64,000 nt of DNA from NCBI GenBank assembly GCA_965235115.1, contig OZ249440.1, forward strand, positions 17,174,001 through 17,238,000, in the 5' to 3' direction. The stretch comes from Laetmonice hystrix (Eukaryota). The notes under the pieces are model-generated. The model did no database searches. It was given only the letters and a program-made list of their open reading frames with translations, and had not been told where the DNA came from. Made by a program: the position numbers and the translations under genes. Shown one piece after another: positions 50,001 to 62,190 of this stretch (its first letter is position 1; every line of letters starts with the position of its first letter).

Positions 50001-53000
50001 GCAGTTTTCATGAGGTTAACGTCCAAACCACGTCATTAAGTTGTCGTGCCGACGCATGTACCGCCCGTCACACTCAGACATCAATACAGGGGGTGGTCCA
50101 ATGCAGGTCCAGTCCCGGTATGGTCGTATACAGGTCCGTGTATTGGCAGGTCCAAGTACTTGTACTTGTACGGCTTGCAGATTGAATGTCGATGAACAAT
50201 TAGTCAGCAGGATGTTTCACCCCGCCGTACGGTGGCGCTGTCGGGGTTTATTTTTATTAAGGCTCCAGGTGGGCGGTGTCCACCTCCTGTCTCAAGGCCG
50301 CCTCACACGGTACGATACGATCTACGATACGATTGTCCACGTACGATACGATGTCGTGCAATCGTAAAATTTTAAACATCTAGAAGTATCATAGGCCAGG
50401 TTTAACTGGCTGGTGGCACAAAGTAGGCCATGTAAAATAAGCTGTGAAATCCATTTCAACCAAGATGATTTTGCTTGAGAATTGGCCCCAGGACATGGTC
50501 GGCAGGCTGTTGACAAAACATGAAGGTGGGAAATGAGATTATTGCGTTTGCGAAATGTTATCGAAGGGTGAAGTCAAGGAAGTTTTTTTAAGGGCAAGTT
50601 GGCGGTGCATGACTTCCCCAGCAAGATGCTGATGGTTCAGGGTTGCCGGGCCCCCAGGGTCCTATTAACGGGTTCCACAATGGGAAGAGTCCTGTTGGGT
50701 ATGACCTGAATGTTGCACTTGGATGGAGAGCTCTACATTCCATCAAAATACCCGGGTTTGATTGGGGGGAAGGGGGTCTGCTGACTGCATGACCTTTAGA
50801 AATTATCTGACACCTTTGTAAACCTGGCGGCCACTGTCACCTACTTTGTAAACCTGCCAGAGGGGTACATGAGTAGAGGCGCTGGCTGTGGGCTACCAAA
50901 GGCGGAGTGCCTGCGCCCCCCCCCCCCCCCCCCCCCAGCCCTATATATGCTTCTGACTGGGTTATCAAGGTCCGCTGCCGGTACACTGAATACGCAGTGA
51001 TGTCGTACAAGATGTAGTACAACTACAAGAACCTTGGTTATTCTCCACAGAGTGCATTTTGTAGAAATGTAGGCAGGTTCGTCGTTCGACACGGCTATGC
51101 AGCCTGGATGGAGACTGGAGTGGTACTCCAACCACACAACCAGGAGATGGTGGTGGTGGGGGGGGGGGGGGGGGGGGGTCGGCTCAAGCCTTCAACATCT
51201 GTTCCCAGATATCCCCTCCCCCAACGTCCGGTCTGTTTTTTACCTGGACTGCGTCCCGAGTGTAGGGAACGGTTGTGGTAATGGAAACCAGTCACAAGTT
51301 TTACAGCTAAAGGCAAAGTACACCACTGTGCCAGGTGTGGTCACGGATTTCCTAGTGTCGGCAGGCGGTTGACCAGCCCAGCGGGAAGCCATGTACATGG
51401 GGAGGTGGGGGGGGGGGGGGGGGGGAGGTGATAGCATGATCAGAGACGGACTCCTTTTTTTCCCTGGATGTTCCTCGGAGCATGCAAAGACTGGACTCTT
51501 TCTGCTGGAAGGGGGCAAGTCTAAAACCAGCTCGTTCAACCATTTCGTGGGGCTGTCAGGACGGCCCTGACCGGTATGTTGACTTGGGAGGGTCATTGGC
51601 GTTTTGACCTGTTTACACAGATTGAGCTGAACCTGTATATGGACAGTCGTACCTGTGATAATTGTGCCCTCGGGTGAACCATACTCGTTGGGTGAACCCA
51701 GTCCTCATTTAAAAGGTTTGCCCCCCATCCATCCCCATCCCACCCTCCGCCATGGTTGAGAGTTGGGCGAGTCCCTGCGAAAGTGGGTCAGGGCCTCATT
51801 GGGTCACAGACCCACGTCACAGTAGTAATGGTTCACGAGCCTCGGGCACCAATGAACCGTTAATTTCGGACCCTGTCTTGTACAAAACGGCCACGGATGA
51901 CTAAATTGAACTGTAACAAGGGGTGGACATGGAAGTGCAAGGGGGAAAATCGCTGCGCTGTAAAGCGTCTTGAAAAAAGTTCAAACATTATTTCCAAAAA
52001 CACTAGAAAATGGCTCAAGTTTAGAGTGCATAATTTTCTTTCAAAACAGAACATTTTAAAGAAGAAAAATTAATGAAAGCTCAGTCTTACATTTGTTTTG
52101 ACAAAATACGAAGAAGTCATATGCCAATACACTGCTTTGTTCGTGCAGTACCAAGCGTCAGTACTGTAATATTTTGAGGACACATGGTGTGATGATACCG
52201 GGTGCCTGACATTGGAAGGAGTCAACCCAAAGTGTTTAGTGTCGGCACTCTGACAGTCGTTTTACTTTTTGTAGTTATATGTGAGGTGACTGTACCACGA
52301 GGTGGGTTTGTCATTGCACATAATTATTGAGTGAAATCGGACACATTCATGACCATCTACAAGATGACACCGGATATAATGGGAGTAAGGATCGGCCGCT
52401 AGAATCACATGAAAAAGATATTTTTTCTGTCATATATGACAAATTACGGTCTCGCTTTTTTTTCTTTGGGATGATTGCCGTCTAGAGTGTTATCGCATGG
52501 TGATTTAGTTTTTGTTATGACTAGGTTAAGCGACTGCACATAATTTGTTAGATGTTGGTGCGCAGCTGAATGTAAGCTGTCTAAGGGCTGTAATAAACCA
52601 CTTGGTTCGGTGTGCATCGGCTGTCAGACACCAGGAAGTTGGGACGTTTTATATTCCGATCACACTCTGGCCCCATGGTTCATGGATGGATCATAGCTCG
52701 CTCTGCCGGGCAGTCTTTTCATTCTGGCGGTCTGTCTGAGGGTGATGATCGAGGTGAGGTGTAATATTGCATCAACTGGAATACATATTAAATTGTACAC
52801 AAAGACCATTCGCTGTGACGCTGGGCAGGTTAACATAGATAAAGGAACCTTTTATGGCAGTGTCGTTTCGTGCCATATTAGCTATATCATTAGGTAATTG
52901 TTTGTTGGACGACGACAGGGACAAAGTATCCATACCGGTATATACCTACAATAAAGTGTTACATAAACGTAAAGCAGTCACCCGTCACAACTGGCAATCC

Positions 53001-53324
53001 TTTCGACATAACACAGTTAGAATTTGCACCCTGCCAGCAGCACACTTGGAGCTACGTTTATGTTAATGTTTTTCCCCCCATACAATGTTTGTCATTCTAG
53101 GCGTATGTTGAATAGGTAAAAAGATAAATATTGGTAGTCGACATTTATGGTGCTATGATTTATTCTGAAATTCTAATTCGACCTTTCCATCCATGGACGG
53201 TGTGTGTGATCGATTTCCTGAAGTGACAGAGCCGTCCTGTTGTAAACAGCGCACGTTCACGTTGAATAGGCGTTTGTTCCCGTCCTCAATGATGAAAAAA
53301 GATCAAAATATCTAATCGCCTGTC

Positions 53325-53462
53325 GGCCTGTCTCACCGTGTGTAGAAATGACCGTAAACGGCCTGTCACACCATGTGATAGGTCGGGCCTGTCACCATGT
53401 GTTGACAGGACGGGCCTGTCACACCATGTGTAGACATGACCGGCCTGCCACGCCGTGTGTAG
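53325..53462. repeat. Degenerate minisatellite of about 28 bp
   Basis: Recurring cggcctgtcacaccatgtgt. Confidence 0.8.
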
Positions 53463-53959
53463 AGAGGTGTAACACGGTAACTAAGTGTGGAGAGATGACA
53501 GCCTGAGCTCCATTACCTGAAGCCTATCCTTCCAGTCTCTCAGTCCGTCCGTACACCTCGTATGTAGCAGCGAGATGTAATCGTTAACAGCCAATGTAAT
53601 GATGTATCCGTTGTATCGGCCGTTACCGTGGCTGGAGCCCGCTATGATCCGCCGAGTGATCCGCCAGAGCAGCACGCATGGCGGCGGGCCTTGGAATTAC
53701 CGACCGTATGTGTGGACAGCGATTGTGAGCACTATTTCCATGAAGTGAAAGGCGAGCATTATTCAGGGCCGTTTGTTAGGGGGGAATGGCCGCTTGGAGG
53801 TTTCTCGTGAGGTCCACAATACGTGCGTAGAATTACCTGTCACTGTGTCAGCTGTCGCCAGGAGGGGCTTTAGTGGTAGTAGTCGGCTGTGAATGAGGTC
53901 CGATCCAGTGACATGTCGGCCGGTCACTGAAAGCATGAATAGCTCATCATAGCGCGTCT

Positions 53960-54440
53960 GCTACAAAGCGACAGTTTGATATCCTACACAAATGGAGCTT
54001 GGATGGAGTTTGTTTTTAATGCACAGTTCAGTTTCAGAAGCACATTTTCATGATAGTGTGCAACGTGTGTGTCAAGGTTGGCCCGAGCTGCTGGGATTCT
54101 TTACACATCCCGCTATTCATGAATCAAAGCTGAGAGGCCCTCTCAAAGGGAGGGACTCCTTGTCAGCATCCATCCCACATTCCTGAATCCACAGGACATG
54201 TGGCAGGGTGTGTAGATAAGAGCCCTCGATCGTTATCATTGCTGACCATGCACCGACTGGTCTGGGGGTCTCTAGTCTATACTATTAAAAAGATGGTTTC
54301 CGAGCCGGGATATTTCTTTGATCGCCATGGTGGCATTCAGTACTCGTACATTGTATTCAGCAATGAATGTCTCCATGTTTCCATTGATGTGTTTTTTTCC
54401 CTTCCTGATTATGTTTTTACCCACCGTGGTCTTGTTATTG
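53960..54440 (-). mobile_element. Decayed LINE endonuclease fragment (I-clade-like)
   Basis: GNMETFIAEYNVRVLN...GNHLFNSID resembles the EN segment RG..IE.FI....L..LN...GT.S.IDL. Confidence 0.45.
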
Positions 54441-54501
54441 TTAGTGGGAGACTTTATGGCCGATGTATGACCTGTAGCTGACCTTTGACCTTTGCCTGCA
54501 G

Positions 54502-54586
54502 GAGTTGAGTGTCACTGACGACACGGTGTTGGAGGAGCACAATGAGGACCCTGCCCTGGTGCAGATGAAGCTCATTGGAGACGGAG
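54502..54586 (+). CDS. JMJD1C: JMJD1C/KDM3 coding exon, 85 nt, phase 0-1
   Basis: Acceptor cctttgacctttgcctgcag|, donor gag|gtaaga. ELSVTDDTVLEEHNEDPALVQMKLIGDG matches JMJD1C MIVMNDQVLEPQNVDPSMVQM. Confidence 0.92.
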
Positions 54587-55879
54587 GTAAGACCTAATTT
54601 TCTTTGTACTTTGTACATGAGGGACAGAGGTATTGTAACGTATTCGAGACAGAGATAAGAACTTAAGCATTGTATTACAGCATTGAACAGCAAGGTGAGG
54701 AATTTTCTTTTGTATTATAACATTTGTGACAGCGGAATTCTGTTTCCACTCCACTGTATCCTTGGGACAGAGGCGAGAGCAGCGACTTTTTAGTGAAGTG
54801 TTTTGTAGTGTTTTGCAGCCAGTTCACTACTCAAGCCGTAAAATGACCGGATAACTGGTAGCCATGTTTGATGTACTCAGAACAGAAACAGCGTCAGATG
54901 ATAATAAATTTGAGAAAAGGTCTGGAGCTAAAGATGGAAGGGATTCGGGGGAAACAAAATGGGACACTACTAAACGTATGGACAAAGGACCGTGGCTGTC
55001 ATCCGAGGTGTAACCTTACACGATGTTGGCCATGTCAGGCCCTCCTGCCTCAGTTTCACAGACCGCACTGGCAAGTTTAGATGTTGTTGTTGTGGATTTC
55101 AATCAGCAGCAATCTTGGATTTCCACATGTAGGTGTGAAGTGCCCTTTCCTTTATACGATTTCTTCACTGGGTAAGGAGGTCAGAGCTGGTGGTGAACCG
55201 AGAGATGAATATCTTTCCGCCAGGGGTGAACTATAAATTTGAGGACTCAGAGGGTAGTAAACGTTGATTATTATCTTCAGAGCGCAAAGGCTGCTAGAAC
55301 CCAGGCTGATCCAGGTGACTGACTGACTGTGAATTTCTATTTCTGTTTTAACTCCCAGATTAGTTCTGTTTGGATATCGATCGGAATGAGATGTGAATTT
55401 TCTGTGTGTATGTATGCACATATCAAAATGACTGCTCAGGTGTGTTGGCAGCCTCTACCGCAGAAGTTATAGTTTACAGATGAAGAATAAGACACGATTA
55501 TTGGGGTATACTTTGAAGGAGGGGGAGCCCCCGATGGAAGACATGAGGAGAGAGGGCTAGTTGTACCCCAGATCTCGCTGCAGGGTGGCTGCGTTCATGA
55601 GGGGTGCATGACCCCTACCCGAGACATAAGTCACCTCTTTGAGACAGTTTTATAGGAAGCCAGGGAAATATAACACCATTTGCTGACAGCCCCCTACTGC
55701 CGTATGCCGCTCGAGCATGGCTCACATTGGGGTTGAGGCGATTGGTACTGGTAGGGTGGGTGTTGGTTATCAGAACAGTTGGGGGACCGTTTGTAAGCTA
55801 TGTCACATTATTGACTTTATTGACTCATATCAGTTTGGGTTGATACGGTGATTCGGAATGCCTCAGCAGTCGCGGATTA

Positions 55880-56190
55880 TTTATGATGGGGAGAAATGCC
55901 CCACCAACTGGTCTTAAATGCCCCGCCAACCAGTCTTAGATGTTTATGAGGAGGAAAGGCCCACCAGCCAGTCTCAGATATCTATGAGGAGGAAAGTCCC
56001 AACCGCCAGTCTCAGATTATTTATGAGGGGGAGGAAAGTCCCAACCGCCAGTCTCAGATATCTATTATGAGGAGGAAAGTCCCACCAGCCGGTCTCATCT
56101 ATGATGAGGAGGAAAGTCCCAACCGCCAGTCTGGAGCTATTTATGATGAGGAAAGCCCCACAAACCAGTATTAGATTGATGAAGATTGGA
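55880..56190. repeat. Minisatellite of about 38-42 bp carrying NF-kB consensus sites
   Basis: Unit atgaggaggaaagtcccaaccgccagtctcagatatct; ggaaagtccc (reverse complement GGGACTTTCC) at 55991, 56033, 56074 and 56111, ggaaagcccc at 56150. Confidence 0.9.
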
Positions 56191-56391
56191 AGGAATGTAC
56201 ACTCTGTAACCCCCCACCCCAACCCCCAACCCCAACCCATCAGCACCAAAGACCAGCTGGGGGAAGCACCCCATTGCGCCCTCCGCGACCTCCCTTTACA
56301 AGTATACACTGGAAGGAGCCGTGAGGCCACAGTGAGCTGTTTACAGTATTGAAGTATGGCGCAGTTCACGCAAGTGTCTAATATAGCCCGA

Positions 56392-56486
56392 TATAAATAA
56401 CCAGCCAAGCAAAGTGGCGCCGTATAGACAGGCCGATAAGGCCGCCATGCTATTTGAGAGTGAACTACCTCCGACCATGGGTGAGT
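56392..56486 (+). promoter_or_regulatory. Candidate internal TATA promoter and alternative first exon (MLFESELPPTM + 1 nt, phase 1)
   Basis: TATAAAT at 56392-56398, GCCGCCATG with ATG at 56447, 11 codons plus one G, then |gtgagt at 56481. Phase equals the end phase of exon 54502-54586. Confidence 0.5.
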
Positions 56487-59319
56487 GAGTGGGTGAGTTC
56501 AGAGCGAGTGGGGCTGGGGTGCCCGGCCTCTCACCTGCCCCTCCCCCCTCCCAACGTAAACAGATCCCTGTCTGCCCAAGTGGCAGTGACACCCGCCCCT
56601 AGACGCCCCTCCCCTCTCAATCCACCAGTCGTCTCGCAACGAAAGTTGTGGTGTGGAGGGGAGGGGACATACCTCACAGTGGCTTCAATTTCAATTCAGC
56701 AAATAAAAAGGAAAAAAGTCAAGTCTCAGAGTTTTTTCCCCCTTTCTCTTGTGACCTAAAAACGCAAGTGTACGTGCTTGGGAATTCAATGTTGTTTAAA
56801 TTGACTGGGGAGGGAGATGTTTGCTATAAACGACAAGTAGAGGGGCTCAGGTTGTTTTTCTATGGGGAATAGTAAGTCGGTTGTTGGATAGAATACCCAG
56901 GCCGAGTGTAAACACATATCGCCGACTGGGCCGGCCTGTCGAGGACCAATGTAAGCACGCCTGAGCTACTAAGCACAACCGGCAATGGCGACGTTTCCCC
57001 CAGCGTTCCTTCTTGGCAGACCACTTTGTCTTGTGAGTTATTATACAAATATGGCACTTGGTTGAGTGCAATATTAACATTTATTGCACAGTCATATTTA
57101 TACTATTTATCGTTGTGATTGCTGTCTCCTTTCATTATTTGGCCCACAAGGTGATGGGAGTTTGGAAGCCGTGTAATTGGTTAAGTGGATTGTGTATGTG
57201 TCGACACTGTTTTCTGGTTATGTTTATGGTCAAAAAGGAGTTCAGTTACGTTTTATGATAACAGTTGTGAAATGACGAGGTCAGATTCCGCGGACCTTTA
57301 TCGCTCAGTCATAATAACGTCTGTGGTCGGGGGTAGAATCATAATCATGTCTGGTGACAGGAATGAGGGGTGTTTTTGCTACGGTATTGTGTACTGGTTC
57401 ACAGACCCGCTGGGCCTCCAGGCCTGATAGAGTATGTATAATATAGTCCGAGGGCTACATTATATATACATAGTCATAGTCTGACAGTGGTGGTTGCAGA
57501 ATAGGTCGTGATTTTAGATTTAGATATCGAAGGGCCAGGGCCAGGGTGGGAATTGACCTTGGCTTAGTTTCCAGTCGATCGTGACGTAAATATGAGACGC
57601 GGCCGGTGATAGTATACGTCACGGGACGTATGGTAGACTGACAGTATTACACCGTGATACTGATAGCCTCCATCCGACCAAAAAAACTGATGTCAGTCTT
57701 CGTGGAATATAAGTCGGTGTTTAGGTCTAAGCATGTGACTGCTGTTACTACGGTTACATCTGCTGCTACTACTACAACTACGACGGTGCCATCTGCTGCC
57801 CCAGTGTGCCGCTGCACCTGTTGCGGGCCACACCGACACTGCGTAGTTAGGCCATGACGGTAACGAGATATCAAGTCATGCTCCCGGGACGACCAGCAGA
57901 GGTAGTCAGACGTTTCAGGTCATGATCAACAGAGCCGATGGCATTTTGTCACGTCCCGGGACGTGGAGGGAGACTTGTTTATGTGTGTTAAAATGTGCGA
58001 GTTGATGGTATAGGCAAATGAATATGGTGTCCGTGCTTGAGTCGGCAACGTAGTGACAGTTGGTGTTGGATTGTCTTGAATTCTATGTTCATACTCCCAA
58101 TGTTCACCTAGGATAATGTTTATTTGTGCCCCCCCCCCACCCCCTCTGCATCTGAATACTGTCTGACACTGGTCAGTTACACCGACTGACCCCACCAGGC
58201 GCCTGATAACTTGGCGGATGGACGGATGAGTTGTGAATGACAATGGAGTCAATTAGGTGTAATCTCAAGTAGGACGTTAATGATAGACCAGGACATGAAA
58301 GTATGGCAATATAGTCTGTGGATAGCGGGAGGTGTTCCCCTGCTCAATGATGTAATGCATTGTAGCGTGCATTATTAGAGTGACAACGGAGTGAATTATG
58401 TAAGCTTAAAGGAGTTGTCATGTATATCTCGAGACGGTAAATAATGCAAGGGTCACGCCGCTCCGTTATTCTCATAGTGACATGCGTGATAACAAACATG
58501 TCAAGTAGTAATATTGTATGCCCTGACGCTCCGCCCTAATGGAGGCAATGTATGGAGTTTTAATGTTTCTCTGGGCTCGGTGGGAGTGTTGGAGGTTGGT
58601 GGTTGGGGGGCTGCGAGCACAAAGTAGTTGGGTGATGTGGTGGGGTCATTCGACCAGCAGGGGTTTAAGCGGGTTAATAGTACCAACCCGCGGGGGCGGA
58701 GAGATCTATTAAAAGAAATAAAAGTATTTAAATGAGCTTGAGTGTCGCTGGAGCGATAAATGGTTGTCGGTCGGCACTCAAATAGATGTAGGGTGGGGAG
58801 GTCAAGCGGACAGTGGGGGTGGGGAGGGGGTGAGGGTAATGACCCTTAAGGTGCAACTGTATTAAACCGGTGCCGCCATATAATGTCAATGCAGGTGGAG
58901 GTGAGTGAATGTTGACTGGAGTGTGCAATACTGGCTTCTGTCTGACCTGGCCCGGAACAAAAGGGGTCAAGTTGGGGTCAGTCCACGGCCCAGTGGACGG
59001 CTGGTTGACCGGGTGTGCTGCCACGTACCCGGGGCCTTGTTATGGACCCCCACCGGACCCACCCCTAACCTGGGGTCACAGTGACAGGTAGACACGTGTC
59101 CATCACCTGACTACCACTGCTGGGTGTGAGTAAATTAGGAGGGGGGTATGATTTGTCAACAGTATTTCAGCCAGGCTCGGGGCGAGATTGAAACTTTAAA
59201 AACTTGTTCAGTCGTTGGACCAGATCGTTACAATAACATAGGAGTGAATGGAAGGCTGCTGGTTACAGCCACCATTCACTGCTGTGTTAACTTAACGATC
59301 TGGTTATTAACCAGCCTTA

Positions 59320-59950
59320 AGCCCGATACACACGATCCAACAAGTTGGACCCAACACGGTTGGATCCAACTTGTTGGTTGGAGTTGGGTCGTGTGTGATA
59401 TCATCAAACAGCCTCTATCCAACAAGTTTTTTTGTTGGATGAAGTTGAACTCGTCTCTACTTCATCCAACAAGTTGGATGGTGTTAAATGTCAGAACACT
59501 ACAAGAACCAATCAGAAGTTCTCCAGCAAATATGTGACTCCTCGCCACATGGTTTGAGGTCAGCAAAATAGCGTCAGGGAAGCAGACGAGATGTGCATGG
59601 TCTAACGAAATTCTGTAACCTCTTCCGAATAATTAGGGCCATGATAATAATGAATAATTAATAATAATAATAATAATAATCCCATGATCCCCAGTGATGC
59701 TATACCTTTATCGTGGCCCGCCTATCTGACTCCATCTTTACAGCATCAGCTAAATAATAGCCTTGGCCTTGTCTGTGATCTATATATACTTATAAATTTT
59801 ATAATAGATGTCAAGAAATTGAGAGAAAATCCACTGTGTGTTGGATGAGGTTGGATAGAAAAGTGTGATCGTGTGTGTGGCTCAAGTTGGATCCTACTTT
59901 TCATCAGATTTGTTGGGTCCAACAAAAAGTTGGATCGTGTGTAACGGGCT
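59320..59950. mobile_element. PIF/Harbinger-type MITE, 631 bp, TTA target-site duplication
   Basis: tta|agcccgatacacacgatccaac ... gttggatcgtgtgtaacgggct|tta; 3-bp TWA TSD typical of PIF/Harbinger; internal (aat)n tract. Confidence 0.9.
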
Positions 59951-60019
59951 TTAGTGAGACGGGCCCCCAGGGGCGGTGTTGACGAGGATGACGTGAGAAA
60001 GAAACCTACCACCTGGTTT

Positions 60020-60268
60020 TGTGTTTTGCCTAACTTCTGCGGCCTGCCCGTTTCCTGCAGCCTGGGGTTCGTGTTTTGCTGAACTACTGCGGCCTGCCCG
60101 TTTCCTGCAGCCTGGAGTTCTGTGTTTTGCCGAACTACTGCGGCCTGCGCGTTTCTTGTAGCCTGGAGTGCTGTCTTTTGCCGAACTAGTGCAGCCTGCC
60201 CGTTTTCTGCAGCCTGGAGTTCTGTGTTTTGCCGAACTAGTGCAGCCTGCCCGTTTCCTGCAGCCGGG
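60020..60268. repeat. 51-bp minisatellite, about 4.7 copies
   Basis: gtgttttgccgaactactgcggcctgcccgtttcctgcagcctggagttct; source of the 17-aa repeat ORF. Confidence 0.93.
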
Positions 60269-60865
60269 GTTTCTGTCAGTGTCAATCGTAGCCGCCAGAC
60301 AATTGAATTAGCTCGAGGTCAGTGGAGGCCGGCGGGGTGCCAACGGGAGAGATGTGTGTTAACAAACAGGGAGATCAGCCTAGGGCACGACCAGGCACTA
60401 CTGCTAGAGACGTGGGGGGGGGGGGGGGGGGTCACTCCGGCAGTCTGGGCCGGGAACTAGGCCGGTGTGACCCCGCTGTGACCTTGGCCGGTGTCCAAGG
60501 TGTGAGGGATGGCGATACCCCCCACCCGGTCTATATGGGGAGGGGGTATTTATCTTCCCCCCTGTACGTGTTTGTTATGCTATAATCGCCTTCAGGTAAT
60601 GGTTTCTGTTGTGGTTGGCAGAGTGTGGGAAGTAGGTCAGAGGTAAGGTGGTTTGAGATGGGATGATCAAAGATCAAACAACCTCCACCGACAGGTATGA
60701 GGTAGGTGGTGGTATCTCAGCCCGCCCCCTCCTCCGCCTACATACAATTTGCGCTGGGGTGCAGTGACGCAATCTCCGCCCAGCAAATAGGGGGGGAGGG
60801 GGGCTGAAAGTATTACATATTGAGGAAAGTAGATGCCGATTTGTTTGTTGGGTACCATGGAGGAC

Positions 60866-61044
60866 GTGTTGAACTGGCCCGTCTGAGGAAGGGGATACCG
60901 ATACCAGCTCCAAGTTACACGGTCGGCCATGGCGTGTTGAACTGGCCCGTCTGAGGGAGGGGATACCGATACCTGCTCCAAGTTACACGGTCGGCCATGG
61001 CGTGTTGAACTGGCCCGTCTGAGGGAGGGGATACCGATACCAGC
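60866..61044. repeat. 68-bp tandem repeat, about 2.6 copies
   Basis: gtgttgaactggcccgtctgagg at 60866, 60934 and 61002. Confidence 0.92.
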
Positions 61045-62130
61045 AGGACATGTGAGGTGTCGCATCGTCGTCAGCATGACTTCACAAACTCGGGGGAATT
61101 TTCTTTGGGGAAAAATCAAGGATTTTGAAATTGACCCAGATGTGAAAAATTTCGCCAGTCAATTGAATTTCAGGTGTGCATTGTCAGTGTAGTGTTCATA
61201 ATTGACAAGCCTAAAATTCTTATCATGAAATGAATTAGAGGGGGTACGTAAACATTTGTCATCTCCAGCAGAGACAGTAGCTGTCACACTTGGAGAAGCG
61301 GCCAGGCTAGGTCGATTGCGTGCCTCTGGGTGGACTGTAATCACTGTACATGCATGTCTGCGCCAGGAAGTGGTGGCTGAGAGAGCGTGGGAGAATGGGA
61401 GCCTGACCGTAATAAGGTCAAGGTGGTCGTATATAACGGTGGCGTCATACAGGGTGTGTTTGTGTCACACACCGTGTGTATGTGTGGTCACAGCTGGCCG
61501 ACCTGCAGCAGCCATGTGGGGGAGCATGTCAGAAGGCGGTCGGGGGGAGGAGGTGGAAACTGGCGTTTGATTACGGCTGGTTATAATGTGACCCCCAAAT
61601 TGACACCAGCTGGTCCTGCCCCCCCCCCCCCAAATCCTTCCACCCCTCCAGGTGGAAGGATGGGGGGGGGGGGGGCAATGCGTTTGTTATTGTGGTGGAT
61701 AAAATTGGCGCAACAGGAGTTGATAAACAAATATCGCAACACCCAAAAGCTATATGGTAGGCCGAATGGACACTATGTGCATTGATGTGGTCCCTCGTGC
61801 ACCACGCCAACAAATTATGGTTGGCCAAAAAGCCTTAGCGAAGTCTCCGATTGCGTAGGGAACCAGCGAGACTAAAACTCTGTGTGGGGAGGTTGTGTGT
61901 GTGGTGGTGGGGGGGGGGGGGGGGGTTGGAAATCAATACGTGCTTATTGATCGGATCTCTTTGAAGTTGGCAAAGCGTCGCGTCTGAAAAAAACGGTGTT
62001 GGGAAAGTGAGGCACTTTAAGAACAAGTAAGTTCATCTGGGTGGTTGAACTTTAGTCAAGGAGGGGTAATTTATGGTCAGCCCCACTCAGCGTGGCGAAT
62101 GACGGGCAAGGCTTGTGAATAATGCAGATT

Positions 62131-62190
62131 CAGCAGCAGCAGCAGCAGTGCCAGCAGCAGCAGCAGCAGCAGCAGCAGCCAGCAGCCAGC
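62131..62190 (+). repeat. Interrupted (CAG)n microsatellite: (CAG)6 TGC (CAG)9
   Basis: Direct read. Confidence 0.95.

Noticed and set aside
55081-55132. tag|atgttgtt...tgtag|gtgtga as the next phase-1 coding exon
   Set aside because: No pyrimidine tract, weak donor, and the peptide does not resemble the expected continuation.
55152-55421. Endonuclease-like peptide (WISL...IIINVYYP) as part of the same LINE as 53960-54440
   Set aside because: Spacing is too long and a conserved host exon lies between; at best a separate, unconfirmed fragment.
57654-57857. Thr-rich, Cys-rich short ORF
   Set aside because: Low complexity, no splice context or homology.
60581-60600. cgccttcag|gtaatg, and ctccag|gtaatt at 34156, as ratchet sites
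   Set aside because: Short pyrimidine tracts and suboptimal donors compared with 8075 and 18916.
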